Origin: Octopus sinensis
Taxonomy: Eukaryota
Assembly: GCF_006345805.1 (NCBI RefSeq)
Contig: NC_043021.1
Location: forward strand, 9,486,001 to 9,550,000
DNA: 64,000 nt
Reading direction: 5' to 3'
Part shown: one piece after another, positions 1 through 12,429 of the stretch
Layout: every line of letters starts with the position of its first letter
How positions within the stretch are numbered: position 1 is the stretch's first letter
Position numbers and translations under genes: made by a program
The notes under the pieces: generated by a model
Seen by the model: the letters and a program-made list of their open reading frames with translations, nothing else
The model's database searches: none
Told to the model about the DNA's origin: nothing

Positions 1-3000
1 TAGAGCAGTGGACTTGCAGTCAAGGGACCGTGAGTTCGAATCGCAGACCAGGCGATGTGTGTGTTTATGAGCAAAACACCTAAGTTCCACATGGCTCCGG
101 CAGAAGGTAATGGTGAACTTCTGCTGACTCTTTCACCACAACTTTCTCTCACTCTTTCCTCCTGCATCTCACCTGTGATGGACCGGCGTCCCATCCAGGT
201 GGGGAACCTAAACGCCAAGGAAACCAGGAAACCGGCCCTTATGAGCCAGGCGTGGCATGAGAAGGAACAAACAGCATATGACACATATCTCATTTGCCAT
301 GAATTTGTGTAGCTTGTATGTGCCAATGCCCATGAGAACTAGAAAGGTTGAAACCCTTGTGGTCGTTGTCCTAGTTCTTCACATTCTAAGTTCAAATCCT
401 ATCAAAGTCAAAATTGCTTTTTATCCTTCTGGGATTAAAGGCAAAATAAGCAGCAGTCGAGTGTAGGGGTTGATATAATCAACTCTATCCTTGCCCCAGT
501 TTTTTGTAGCCTTGTGCCTATATTAGAAAATACGAACATTTAAAAGAAGGGAATAATGATGTATCTGGTATTTCAGACATAACAGCCTTATATTATAATG
601 GAGAAACTGATCTCTGTCTGTCCATAACGGTGTGTGTGTGTGTGTGTGAGTGTGAGTAAAGTGAGGGAAGAAGGGGAGGAGGAAAAGTTGTTGTTGAGAG
701 AGAAATACAGAGAGAAAGAGAGAGAGAGAGTGTGTGTGTGTGTGTGTGTGTGTGAAGGATAGAAAAAAGGTCAGTGTTTTCAGCTTAGTAATTAACAAGT
801 TTTGATTTAAAACAGGGAATTTTAAGTTCAAGTCTGTCAATGCAATACAACATAGACTTCAAAAAAAAAAACTATATGAGAACTATATAGTGAGTAGCTT
901 GCTTACAAACCACATGGTTCCGGATTCAGTCCCACTGCGTGGCACCTTGGGCAAGTATTTTCTACTATAGAAGAAGCCCATCGTATATATGTATATATAT
1001 ATGCATGTGTGTTTATATGTTTGTGTGTCTGTGTTTGTCCCCACCCAATATTGCTTGACAACCGATGCTGGTGTGTTTACGTCCCCGTAACTTAGCAGTT
1101 CAGCAGAGAGACCAATAGAATAAGTACTAGGCTTACAAAGAATAAGTCCCGGGGTCGATTTGCTCGACTAAAAGCGGTGCTCCAGCATGGCCACAGTCAA
1201 ATGACTGAAACAAGTAAAAGAGTAAAGAGAGTATATAATACAGTGCCTTTAGTAAATTAGAAGAGGGTTCCTGCTAACCCAATTTAGCCTCTTACATCTT
1301 CCCTTGGTGTACCTCTTCTAATTTACTAAAAGCACTCTAAGGCTTTTGTAATACTGTTGTATTACGATGGTATAGGCTTACGGGTACTTCTCATACTGAC
1401 TATGTATATAATACACATAGTTAATTTTGGGGGATTGTGTGTGTGTGTGAGCTTTTCTGTGTGTCTACCAACCTATAAACAATGCAACACAAACATTAAA
1501 AAAGACTTTTGCCTCGAACAATTTATGAAGGTACATGCAAGATTAAAACAAATATTTTTTACTAGCAGCAAAGCAACAAGGAACGACCCAGTTTATTTGA
1601 AGACTTGCACAACAGAACTAAGGACTAAGCCAAGAGAAATGTCGGATGTATGAGTCTAAAGTGTGAGTGATGACAGGCAGATAGAGATGTGGCTTCTTTC
1701 AGTTTCTGCCTCTCAAATCCACTGAAAAGGCTTTGGTCAGCCCAAGGCTACAGTAGAAGACACTTGCCAAAGGTGCCACTCAGTGGGACTGAACCCGGAA
1801 CCACGAGGTTGGGAAGCAAACTTCCATGGGGCTGGAATATAAGGGACACTAAAAGGAGAGAGTATTGGTATAAAAAAAAACAGATTATTACAATGATCCA
1901 AAACAGGCACATCCAAAGATGAGGGTTGTTTCCTACATCAGAAAATGTTGATGGGCAACTTATATGTCACTCCTGCCAATGATATATCGAATTACAGTGC
2001 CAGAACAGGCTCTGGTGTTGTAATTAGCAGGAGATGAGTTACTGCTGTCTCTAGTGGTCAAGCGTTTATCATTGACAAGACTAACGAAGGTTGTAATCAC
2101 GTGACCAAGTATTTCGTCTGCCGCTACGTTCTGAGTTCAAATTCCGCCGAGGTCGACTTTGCCTTTCATCCTTTCAGGGTCGATTAAATAAGTACCAGTT
2201 ACGCACTGGGGTTGATATAATCGACTCAATCTGTTTGTCTGTCTTTGTGTGTCCTCTCTGTGTTTAGCCCCTTGTGGGTAGTATAGAAATAAGCATTTTG
2301 TATGTCTTTACGTTCTGAGTTCAAATTCCGCCGAGGTCGACTTTGCCTTTCATCCTTTTGAGGTTGATAAATTAAGTACCAGTTGCATACTGGTTCGATC
2401 TAATCGACTGGACCACCCCCATCCAAAAAGATTTTGGGCCTTGTGCCTAGAGTAGAAAAGAAATTGAACCCAGGACTTATTTTTTTTTAAGCTTAGTAAT
2501 TCTTTTGATCTCTTTTCCCGAATTGCTAGGTTATAGGGACATAAACACACCAACACCTGCTGTCAAGTGGTGATGGGGGGACAAACACAAAGACATACAC
2601 ATATACACACACGCACACATACAATGAGCCTCTTTCAGTTTCTGTCAACCAAATCCACTCAGAAGTGTTTGGTCGGCCCATGGCTATAATAGAAGACACT
2701 TGTTCAAGGTGCCACGCAGTGGGACTGAACCCAGAATCATGAGATTGGGAAGCAAAACTTCTTACCACACAGCCACATCTGCGCCTAGTTATGTATTATA
2801 TACACAGTATTATATATAATTAAATTATATATTTTGCACTTGATTGTGTTTTGTTACACGTGTGATGCCCTGGTCTGTAGAAAAATTGTTCTGCATGAAA
2901 TCAGTTCAGGGTACAAAAAAAAGGGTTGGGGTTTGCTGTTCTAGAGAACTGATGCTTTGTGAAGAAGGACTAAGTGCAGGTCCAAGGATTTGGGTGGGAT

Positions 3001-3622
3001 ACAACAGGAATGATGAGAGGAAGAGGAGAGGTGAGTGGGTTAGAAATGTTTGAGTGGAGACAGCATGAGCCTGGCCAACTCCAAGAAGCAGAGGCCATTA
3101 CATTAGTGTTTAATGAAATCAAAACATGTACAAAGCCTTCTCCAGTATTTACTGAAATGATTAAAATAATTACATCTATGTATTTGTTTGCAAGATTTTT
3201 GGCACGAAATTGTGTGTTGAAACAGATATTGTTATAACTGGGGAATGGTCATCTTTTGCAAATTAAGCACACACACACACACTATATATATTTGGTCTTC
3301 ATTTCATTTTTCATCCTCATCATCATCATCATCGTTTAATGTCAGTTTTCCATGCTAGCACTAGTTGGACTGTTCGACCAGGGTCTGGGAAGCCAGGAGG
3401 CTGCACCAGGCTCCAGTCTGATCTGGCAGTGTTTCTATAGCTGGATGCCCTTTCCTAACGCCAACCACTCTGTGAGTGTAGTGGGTGCTTTTTACGTGCC
3501 ACTGGCATAGGTGCCAGGGGATATATATACATACATACATACACACAAACAAACAAAGAAAAATACCCTGTTGTTGACGTTGAAATTCTAATTTGTTGTT
3601 GTTGTTGTTGTTGTTATTGTTA

Positions 3623-3663
<41 letters not shown>

Positions 3664-4695
3664 TTAGTAAGGTGGTGAGCTGGCAGAATTGTTAGCATTA
3701 TGGACAAAATGCCTAGCAATCTTTTGCCAGTCGCTATGTTCTGAGTTCAAATTCCACCGAGGTGTCGACTTTGCCTTTCATCCTTTTGGTGTTGTTGAAT
3801 TAAGTACCGGTGAAACACTGGGGTAGAGAGATAAATGAAAAAATGTATAAACAAATGACATAACATATACTGAATGTAAAAGCGAACGGGAGACAAACAG
3901 GTCTGTAATTCTTCATCAGTTATCAACCAATTGGTAGAAAGCTCTCTCCTCACACCAATTGGGAATATTACCAAATTGGTCGATGACTGATGAAGAATTA
4001 TGTCTCCAGTTCATTCTGACATTCAGTATATGTTACATCATTTATTTGTATATTTTTTCATTTATCAAGTAATGGAATGCAACACACACCAAATTTTTGT
4101 GCGTATGTATGTGTGAGTGAGTGTGTGTGTGCGTTAATGTCAGATTCATGGATCCAGGCGTAGGAAGCTAGTAAGTTTCAAGCAGTTCACAGAAGGTATA
4201 TAAACACAGCTTTCAGGAACAATAGGAGTTTGTTGGCATAGAAGGTTGTAAATTTTTCCCATATCGCAGTGTGACTGGCCCAGGGTGCCAGTCCCACTGC
4301 ATGGCACCTCGGGCAAGTGTCTTCTGCTATAGCTTCGGGCTGACCAAAATCTTGTGAGTGGATTTGGTAGACAGAAACTGAAAAAAGCCTGTCGTATATA
4401 TGTGTATATGTTTGCGTGTCTGTGTTTGTCCCCCCAACATTGCTTGACAACCGATGCTGGTGTGTTTACGTCCCCGTAACTTAGCGGTTCAGCAAAAGAC
4501 ACCGATAGAATAAGTTCTAAGCTTACAAAGAATAAGTCCTGGGGTTGATGTGGCCGACTAAAGGCGGTGCTCCAGCATGGCCACAGTCAAATGACTGAAA
4601 CAAGTAAAAGAGTAAAAGAGTATATCGAAGTTCGATAAGCAGGAAAAAGTTATTTCATTGTTCGTGGTTAGCAGCTTGAGTTGCTATGCATGTAT

Positions 4696-4905
4696 ACTCT
4701 TTTACTCTTTTACTTGTTTCAGTCATTTGATTGTGGCCATGCTGGAGCACCGACTTTAGTCAAGCAAATCTACCCGAGGACTTATTCTTTTGTAAGCCTA
4801 GTACTTATTCTATCGGTCTCTTTTACGGGGACGTAAACACACCAGCATCAGTTGTCAAGTGATGTTGGGTGGAACAAACACAGATGCACAAACACATACA
4901 CACAC

Positions 4906-4950
<45 letters not shown>

Positions 4951-5085
4951 TACGATGGGCTTCTTTCAGTTTCTGTCTACCCAATCCACTCACAAGGCTT
5001 TGATCGGCCCGAGGCTATAGTAGAAGACACTTGCCCAAGATGCCATGCAGTGGGACTGAACCCGGAACCATGTGGTTGATAAGCA
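4696..5085 (-). mobile_element. SINE-A, tail-to-tail with 4290-4622
   Basis: Reverse complement of the consensus; head slightly truncated. Confidence 0.85.
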
Positions 5086-5291
5086 ATTGTGAATAATTGG
5101 ATTTTACCTGTTCCATTCACTCAATTTGGATCTATGTAAATGTGTGTGTGTGTGTGTGTGAAGGAAGCAAACTCTAAAATATTATAGCAGTAGTATATTT
5201 AGAAAGTTGTTTGTTATGGTCAGTCTGAGAGTGACCATTGGTTTTACACCTATAAAGCACTTAGTTGCATAAGTGACTCATCCGGTCATTT

Positions 5292-5351
5292 GAGTCTAAT
5301 GAGTAGCCTAATCAGCTAAGTGCTTTATAGGTGCGAAACCAGTGGTCACTC
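5292..5351 (+). ncRNA. Decayed type-I hammerhead motif (G5A) in fold-back
   Basis: gagt-CTAATGA-gta(g)ccta..taggtgc-GAAA-CC agt GG-T-C-actc. Confidence 0.55.
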
Positions 5352-5887
5352 TCAGACTGACCATAACAATCTATCTTCTATAAATATATAGTTGGCCTAG
5401 TGGTTAGGGTATTTGGCTCACAATTGTAAGGTCGTGAGTTCAATTCCTGGTGACCGATATGTTGTGTCCTTAAGCAAGACACTTTATTTCACATTGCTCC
5501 AGTCCACCAAAGATGAGTAGTACCTGTATTTCAAAGGGCTGGCTTTATGACATTCTGTGTCACACTGAATCTCCCTGAGAACTACATTAGGGGTACATGT
5601 GTCTGGCTCATAGGGCTGGTTTCCTTGGTGTATAGGTTCCCCACCTGGATGGGATGCCGGTCCATTGCATGTGAGCTGCAAGATGCAGGAGGAAAGAGTG
5701 AGAGAAAGTTGTGGCGAAAGAGTCAGCAGAAGTTCACCATTACCTTCTGCCGGAGCCGCGTGGAGCTTAGGTGTTTCGCTCATAAACACACACATCAACT
5801 GGTCTGAGATTCGAACCCGTGATCCCTCGACCGCGAGTCCGCTACTCTAACCACTAGGCCATGTGCCTCCACACACACACACACACA

Positions 5888-6018
5888 TATATATATATGA
5901 GTGTGTGTAAATATATATATGTATATATATATATGAGTGTGTGTAAATATATATATGTATATATATATATGAGTGTGTGTAAATATATATATGTATATAT
6001 ATATATGAGTGTGTGTAA

Positions 6019-6058
<40 letters not shown>

Positions 6059-6078
6059 GAGTGTGTGTAAATATATAT
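5888..6078. repeat. About 36-bp minisatellite x5 built from TA/TG tracts
   Basis: atatgagtgtgtgtaaatatatatatgtatatatat repeated. Confidence 0.85.
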
Positions 6079-6120
6079 TTTATCAACAGCTATATAAACT
6101 CACAGGCCTTCAATCTATGA

Positions 6121-6168
6121 CTAGTTTGATAAGTGCCAACACACGAAACTCTCAGACTTTGAGTCACT
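6121..6168 (+). ncRNA. Type-I hammerhead-like motif with U3:A8 core
   Basis: agt-TTGATAA-GTG ccaaca CAC-GAAA-CTC tcagacttt GAG-T-C-act; stem I only 3 bp. Confidence 0.5.
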
Positions 6169-6787
6169 CTCTTACTTCTGCTAAATATTAATAAAAATAT
6201 CTATATATCTACCTTTCTAGCTAGTTAGCTATCTATATATCACATACACACATATATAATAAGAAGTAAAAGGGATTAATAAATCCAGGTAGATATCTAC
6301 AAAGCATTCAGTCTTAAATGAATTTGGTTAACCACACAAAGGAATTAGATACCAATAAATGCTTGTAGAGTAAACATCCAAGGTGATTCTTCATGTATGA
6401 CAAGTAAATCCAAATATCGCTTAGAAGAATTTCAAGAAATTCAGAGGATAAGACAAGAACAAGAATAAAGAAAATCACATCTTTAATTGGTGATTACACC
6501 ATAAATTAGTGGTGATTGTTTCTACCGTGCCAGTACATTTAAAGAAAAATATATAAAATACCAATCAAATTGATATATCAGGAAGTAATATACTAACACA
6601 ATGTTATTGAGGCAATCCAAAATTAGTTAAATTCAAAAGGATCTATATATAGGGAGATGTACTTGCATAGCAAGTGACCTGATTTGAGATCGTGTGCTGG
6701 AACGAAAACAATTGCAGCGTGGAAGATGTTTGTAAGCCATTTAAGAAACACACAAAAGCCGTTCGATTCACTTCAACATTTAAGCTT

Positions 6788-6843
6788 AATTTGTCAAAAT
6801 ATTTTCGTCGCTATAAGACCACGACCTGTTCACTGACAAAATT
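6788..6843 (-). ncRNA. Type-I hammerhead-like motif with G3:C8 swapped core
   Basis: Revcomp: tttgtca-GTGAACA-g-GTCGT ggtcttata GCGAC-GAAA-ATAT-T-T-tgacaaa; 7-bp stem I, 5-bp stem II, palindromic stem III AATATT. Confidence 0.6.
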
Positions 6844-7414
6844 CCATGCTGCATCTATATATATATATACTTTTCTACTCTAGGCACAAGGCCCGAAATT
6901 TTGGGGGAGTGGGGCCAGTTGATTAGATTGATCCCAGTATGCAACTGGCACTTAATTTATCGACTATGAAAGGATAAAAGGCAATTTGAACTCAGAACGT
7001 AACGACAGATGAAATATCGCTAACGTTGCATGTATGTAAATAAAGAGGATAGATTTGACTGTTAAAGACGGATTGTTATTAACAAGTGAAATTCTCTTCC
7101 TTCGAAATACTGATCACATCCATGTATATTATTCATATATACATACATACATACATACATACATACATACACACACAAGTTGACCATGGAGGAATTTGAA
7201 TTCTGAACGTAAAGACAGGTGAAATACTGCTAAGCATTTGTGGTATAGGTGCAACACCAGAAATTTTGAGTGAAGGGGACTAGTTGATTACGTGAACCCC
7301 CAGTAGTAGACTGGTACCTCTATTATTGACCCCGAAAGGATGACAGACAAAGTCAGCCTCAGTGGAATTTGAACTCAGAATGTACAGAGACAGAGATGGA
7401 AGAAATACCATATA

Positions 7415-7458
<44 letters not shown>

Positions 7459-7537
7459 AAATTTACAGGGAAACAAGATGAAGACAGGTGTATAAACAAC
7501 AAGCAGGTGTATTAGTTTGATGCTCAGGAAGGTGAGA

Positions 7538-7580
7538 AAGTCTTTTATGTTTTGAGCCTATGCTCTTCAACAGAAAGGAA
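7538..7580 (-). ncRNA. Decayed hammerhead-like motif (CUGUUGA core) in PLE-like terminus
   Basis: Revcomp: cttt-CTGTTGA-a-GAGC atag GCTC-aAAA-CaT-A-aaag; two CpG-type decays would restore GAAACGUA. Confidence 0.4.
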
Positions 7581-7755
7581 CGCAAGGAAATAAACAGAGA
7601 GGGAATAAAAAAAACTTTTGGAGTTAACGGTCAATCATGGCAAGGTCATTGTCGGCTTATGACCACAATTGGTTCTGACTGACTGGTCGTAAATTGATTT
7701 GGTCATAAGTTGGCCTATAGGCTTACATAGATTTGTTTTATATTTTTACATTCTT

Positions 7756-7993
7756 ACTCTCTCTTTTATTCTTTTACTTGTTTCAGTCATTTGACTGTGG
7801 CCATGCTGGAGCACCGCCTTTAATCGAGCAACTCGACCCCGGGACTTATTCTTTTGTAAGCCCAGTACTTATTCTACAGGTCTCTTTTGCCGAACCGCTA
7901 AGTAACAGGAACATAAACACACCAGCATCGGTTGTCAAGCAATGCTAGAGGGACAAACACAGACACACAAACACACACACGCATATATATATA

Positions 7994-8041
<48 letters not shown>

Positions 8042-8217
8042 CATACATATATACAACGGGCTTCTTTCAGTTTCCGTCTACGAAATCCACTCACAAGGCT
8101 TTGGTCGGCCCGAGGCTATAGTAGAAGACACTTGCCCAAGGTGCCACGCAGTGGGACTGAACCCGGAACCATGTGGTTGGTAAACAAGCTACTTACCACA
8201 CAGCCACTCCTACGCCT
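7756..8217 (-). mobile_element. SINE-A full length
   Basis: Consensus match with an expanded (TA)n. Confidence 0.9.
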
Positions 8218-8762
8218 AAGGCACTTTCTCAGGTAAAAGTCACACACAGCATTCTGTATTGTACTATTATATTGGCGATACTCAAAAATTCCAGAGTCTC
8301 AAGCAGTCGTCTTATAAACAAATACGAGGTTGCCTCGATGTCTCTGCGACAGGATGGTCATCTAACACAATGGAGACTGATACCCAAACCTAGGGGAAGC
8401 ATTTGTTAGCTGACATCACTCATAGACAGGTTGATTTCTAAGAAATTAAACCCATTAGATTTCAACTGGACTATTTATTATTGCTTCCGGGAGGTGGAGT
8501 GGCAATCATCATAAAGTTGAACGGTTGTAAGTTGGATAGGTCATAAACTGACGACAACCTGTATATATATATATATAAGTAGTTGAATGAATTATCTTAT
8601 TATGGATAATTCGGTTAACCGATACCTGGGTAGCAAATTCACGCCAGAAAAACACGGTTGAAGCTACATGCCAAGGGTAGAGATCACGTGCTTTCGTGTA
8701 GAAATTTGTGTGTTTTTTTAATAAAGGAATTTTGTTAATTCGTCGTTCAACTCCTTTCTTTC

Positions 8763-8807
<45 letters not shown>

Positions 8808-9078
8808 CACACACACACACACTTATATATTTCTTTACTATCCACAAGGGGCTAAACATAGAGGGGGACAAACAAGGACAGACAAAGGTATTAAGTCGAT
8901 TACATCGACCCCAGTGCGTAACTGGTACTTATTTAATCGACCCCGAAAGGATGAAAGGCAAAGTCGACCTTGGAGGAATTTGAACTCAGAACTTGGCGGC
9001 AGATGAAATACAGCTAAGCATTTCGCATATATACATACATATATATATATACATATATACACACACACACACACACGC

Positions 9079-9112
<34 letters not shown>

Positions 9113-9663
9113 CACACACACACTTGCATGAATCATATGTGGTATTCTAAGTTTTATAAGACATGTCTAAATTTCAGTAAGTTAACTGTCAGGACTAAAC
9201 AAACTTGGTAAGAAGCGTGCTACCCAACCGCATGGTTCTGGGTTCAGTCCCACTGCATGGTGGAACCTTAGGAAAGCGTCTTTTACTATAGCTTCAGGCT
9301 GACCAAGGCCTTGTGAGCGGATTGGGTAGATGGAAAGTATATATATGTGTGTGTGTGTGTGTTTGTATCCTACCACTATTTGACAACCAGTGTTGGTGTG
9401 TTTATGTCCCTGTCACTTAGCGGTTCAACAAAGAAACTGGTAGAATAAGTACCAGGCATTACAAAACAATAACTCTTGGGGTTGACTCATTTGACTGAAA
9501 ATTCTTCAAGGTGGTGCTTCAGCATGGCCACAGTCTAATGATTGAATCTATTAAAAGATAAAAGATATATGTATGTATATATGAAACTTTGATGAAGCTT
9601 GCAGGAAAAGTTGGTGATGACACAAGTTGATGATGATAAGGAAGAGGAGGAGAGCCGAAGGGG

Positions 9664-9980
9664 GAAGAAGAAGAAGAAGAAGAAGAAGAAGAAGACGAAG
9701 ACGAAGAAGAAGAAGAAGAAGAAGAAGAAGAAGAAGAAGAGAAGAAGAAGAAGAAGAAGAAGAAGAAGAAGAAGAAGAAGAAGAAGAAGAAGAAGAAGAA
9801 GAAGAAGAAGACGAAGAGAAGAAGAAGAAGAAGAAAGAAGAAGAAGAAGAAGAAGAAGAGAAGAAGAAGAAGAGAGAAGAAGAAGAAGAAGAAGAAGAAG
9901 AAGAAGAAGAAGAGAAGAAGAAGAGAAGAAGAAGAAGAAAAGGAAGAAGAAGAGAAGAAGAAGAAGAAGAAGAAGAAGAG
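9664..9980. repeat. Long (GAA)n array with interruptions
   Basis: About 317 bp of GAA with rare GA/GAC/GAG units; a second array lies at 56291-56382. Confidence 0.95.
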
Positions 9981-11471
9981 GGGGTTTGTTTACATTTCTG
10001 TAACATTAGCAGTTCAGCAAAAAGGAGCAACAAAATAAGTCCTGGCTTGATACAAGTGAAGTCCTTGGATAGATTTCTTTGATTTAAAAAAAAAAAGAGA
10101 GAGAGAAAATATCCTTCAAGGTGATACCCCAGCATGGCTGCAGACAAATTACTGAAACGGGTAAGATGAAAGACACCTTTAAGTACATTGAAAGGTTGTC
10201 AAAAATCATTGAAAAGTGAACTAGTTAATTCTGTTTGAAACAGGAAATGGACATCTCCATACTGATGTCATTTCTCATTATGTCAAATACCGTCAAAAGC
10301 ATGCTATTTCAAAAATGCATGTATCTTCTTCTCTTTGCTGTCCTCTCTCTACACTCAGTCATTTGTTTGTAGCTTAACAATTGACTGGCCTACAAGTCAT
10401 AGTTGACTGCCTCCATGTGATGACCAATTGACCATGAGTAGAATGCACAGAAACACACTAAAACTAATAATAATTGGAGTAATTTAGACCCTCTCACAAG
10501 AACCATCTGTCATCACGTCAATCTTGCCAGACTGCAATAACACAATAATTTTGTAGATTTAGAAAAATGATTTATATGATAAACACAACGCAAAGATCTA
10601 TTTCCTGTTTGACTTTTAAAAATCCCAAAAGAACACATTGTTACGTTGTCTTTTATATTTTTTTTATCATTAACTAATTAAGCTTTATTGATTTACTAAC
10701 GTCATCTTCTGTTTTGTTTCAAGTTTACTTTCAATTCATAAAAAAAAGTACACACAAACACACATACATGGGCATGTTTGTTTCGTCAAATATCTTTGAA
10801 CTTTTGAAATATTAGTCCAAATGACTTAGACGCATTTCACAGAACTTTTGGAAACCAGCTTTTCAAAAGAGAACTTTCAAGGGAACCAATTAATTATAGA
10901 TGATGGCAGGAAAATACTGAAATTACCTAATTTGTGAAGTTCTAACAAGAAATAAGGCAATTTCAGATTTATTTATATGAAAGGAAAAACAGAAAAGTGA
11001 GTAGCTGGAAATGCCAAGTCAGATAAATTATTTTGCTGGCCATGCTTGTTATTTAGTTACGGAAAAACTGATTTCGAGTGATAAAGGTTACAATGTTTTA
11101 AATAATCAAGATATTGGTTACAAATTTTGGCACAACGCCAGGAAGTTTGAGGGAAGGAGGGTAATTTAATTACATCGACCCCAGTGTTCAACTGGTACTT
11201 ATTTTATTGATCCCCGAAAGGATGTAAGGCAAAGTTAACCTCGGCAGCATTTGAACTCAGAATATAAAGCTGGACAAAATGCTACTAAGCATTTGTATGC
11301 CGGCATTTCATAGAACTTTTGGAAACCAGCTTTTCAAAAGAGGACTTTGAAGGGAACCAATTAATTATAGATGATGGCAGGAAAATACTGAAATTACCTA
11401 ATTTGTGATTCTTCATGTATGACAAGTAAAAGCAAATATCAAAGGATGTTTTGCATTCTTGTCCCATTTTG

Positions 11472-11508
<37 letters not shown>

Positions 11509-11913
11509 GGAGTGTCTGTGTGGTAAGTAGCTTGCTTATCAACCATATGGTTCCAGGTTCAGTCCCACTGTGTGGCACCTTGGACACGTGTCTTCTACTA
11601 TAGCCTCGGCTGACCAGAGCCTTGTGAGTGGATTTGGTAGACAGAAGGCAATTTCAGATTTATTTATATGAACCAAATAACAGACTATAAAGATGGGCAA
11701 AATGCTGTTATGCATTTGTGCTGGTGTGCTAATGATTTTGACAGCGCACCCCCTTAGATAATCTACATACTGATTTCAAATTTTGGCACAAGGCCAGCAA
11801 TTTTGGGGTAAGATTATATCAACCCCAGTGTTCAACTGGTACTTATTTTATTGACACCGAAAAGATGAAAGGCAAAGTTGAAATTTGACCTTGGGGAAAT
11901 TTGAACTCAGAAT

Positions 11914-12312
11914 GGCGCAGGAGTGGCTGTGTGGTAAGTAGCTTGCTAACCAACAACATGGTTCCAGGTTCAGTCCCACTGCGTGGCATCTTGGGCAAGT
12001 GTCTTCTGCTATAGCCCCGGGCCGACCAATGCCTTGTGAGTGGATTTGGTAGACGGAAACTGAAAGAAGCCTGTCATATATATGTATATATATATATATA
12101 TATATGTGTGTTTGTGTGTCTGTGTTTGTCCCCCTAGCATTGCTTGACAACCGATGCTGGTGTGTTTACGTCCCCGTAACTTAGCGGTTCGGCAAAAGAG
12201 GCCGATAGAATAAGTACTGGGCTTACAAAGAATAAGTCCCGGGGTCGATTTGCTCGACTAAAGGTGGTGTTCCAGCATGGCCGCAGTCAAATGACTGAAA
12301 CAAGTACAAAAG
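11914..12312 (+). mobile_element. SINE-A (tRNA head, CORE-like gtggcaccttgggcaagt, internal (TA)/(TG) tract, (GTAAAAGA)n tail), nested in a SINE-B
   Basis: Matches the family consensus. Other + copies: 888-1230, 4290-4622, 9200-9560, 18255-18560, 18642-19028, 19391-19780. Confidence 0.85.
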
Positions 12313-12429
12313 AGAGAGAGAGAGAGAGAGATGAAACGCTGCTAAGCATTTTGCCTGGCATGCTAACGATTCTGCCACGTCGCTGCCTTAAATAAGCTAC
12401 ATATTGTCATGTTAAAACATGAACATTCT

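Noticed and set aside
3195-3305. Three-copy repeat (also 45385, 59190) with GAAACAGATATTGTT resembling a stem III
   Set aside because: No CUGANGA-like core upstream in any copy.
5292-7580. Retrozyme (direct tandem HHR repeat producing circular RNA)
   Set aside because: Co-oriented HHRs here belong to different families, with no repeated monomer between them.
9551-10147. Poly-E/R/K/S ORFs of 134-198 aa
   Set aside because: They are translations of the (GAA)n array in several frames.
11914-11990. tRNA genes at SINE heads throughout the window
   Set aside because: The box A/B-like heads run directly into SINE bodies, with no cloverleaf acceptor stem.
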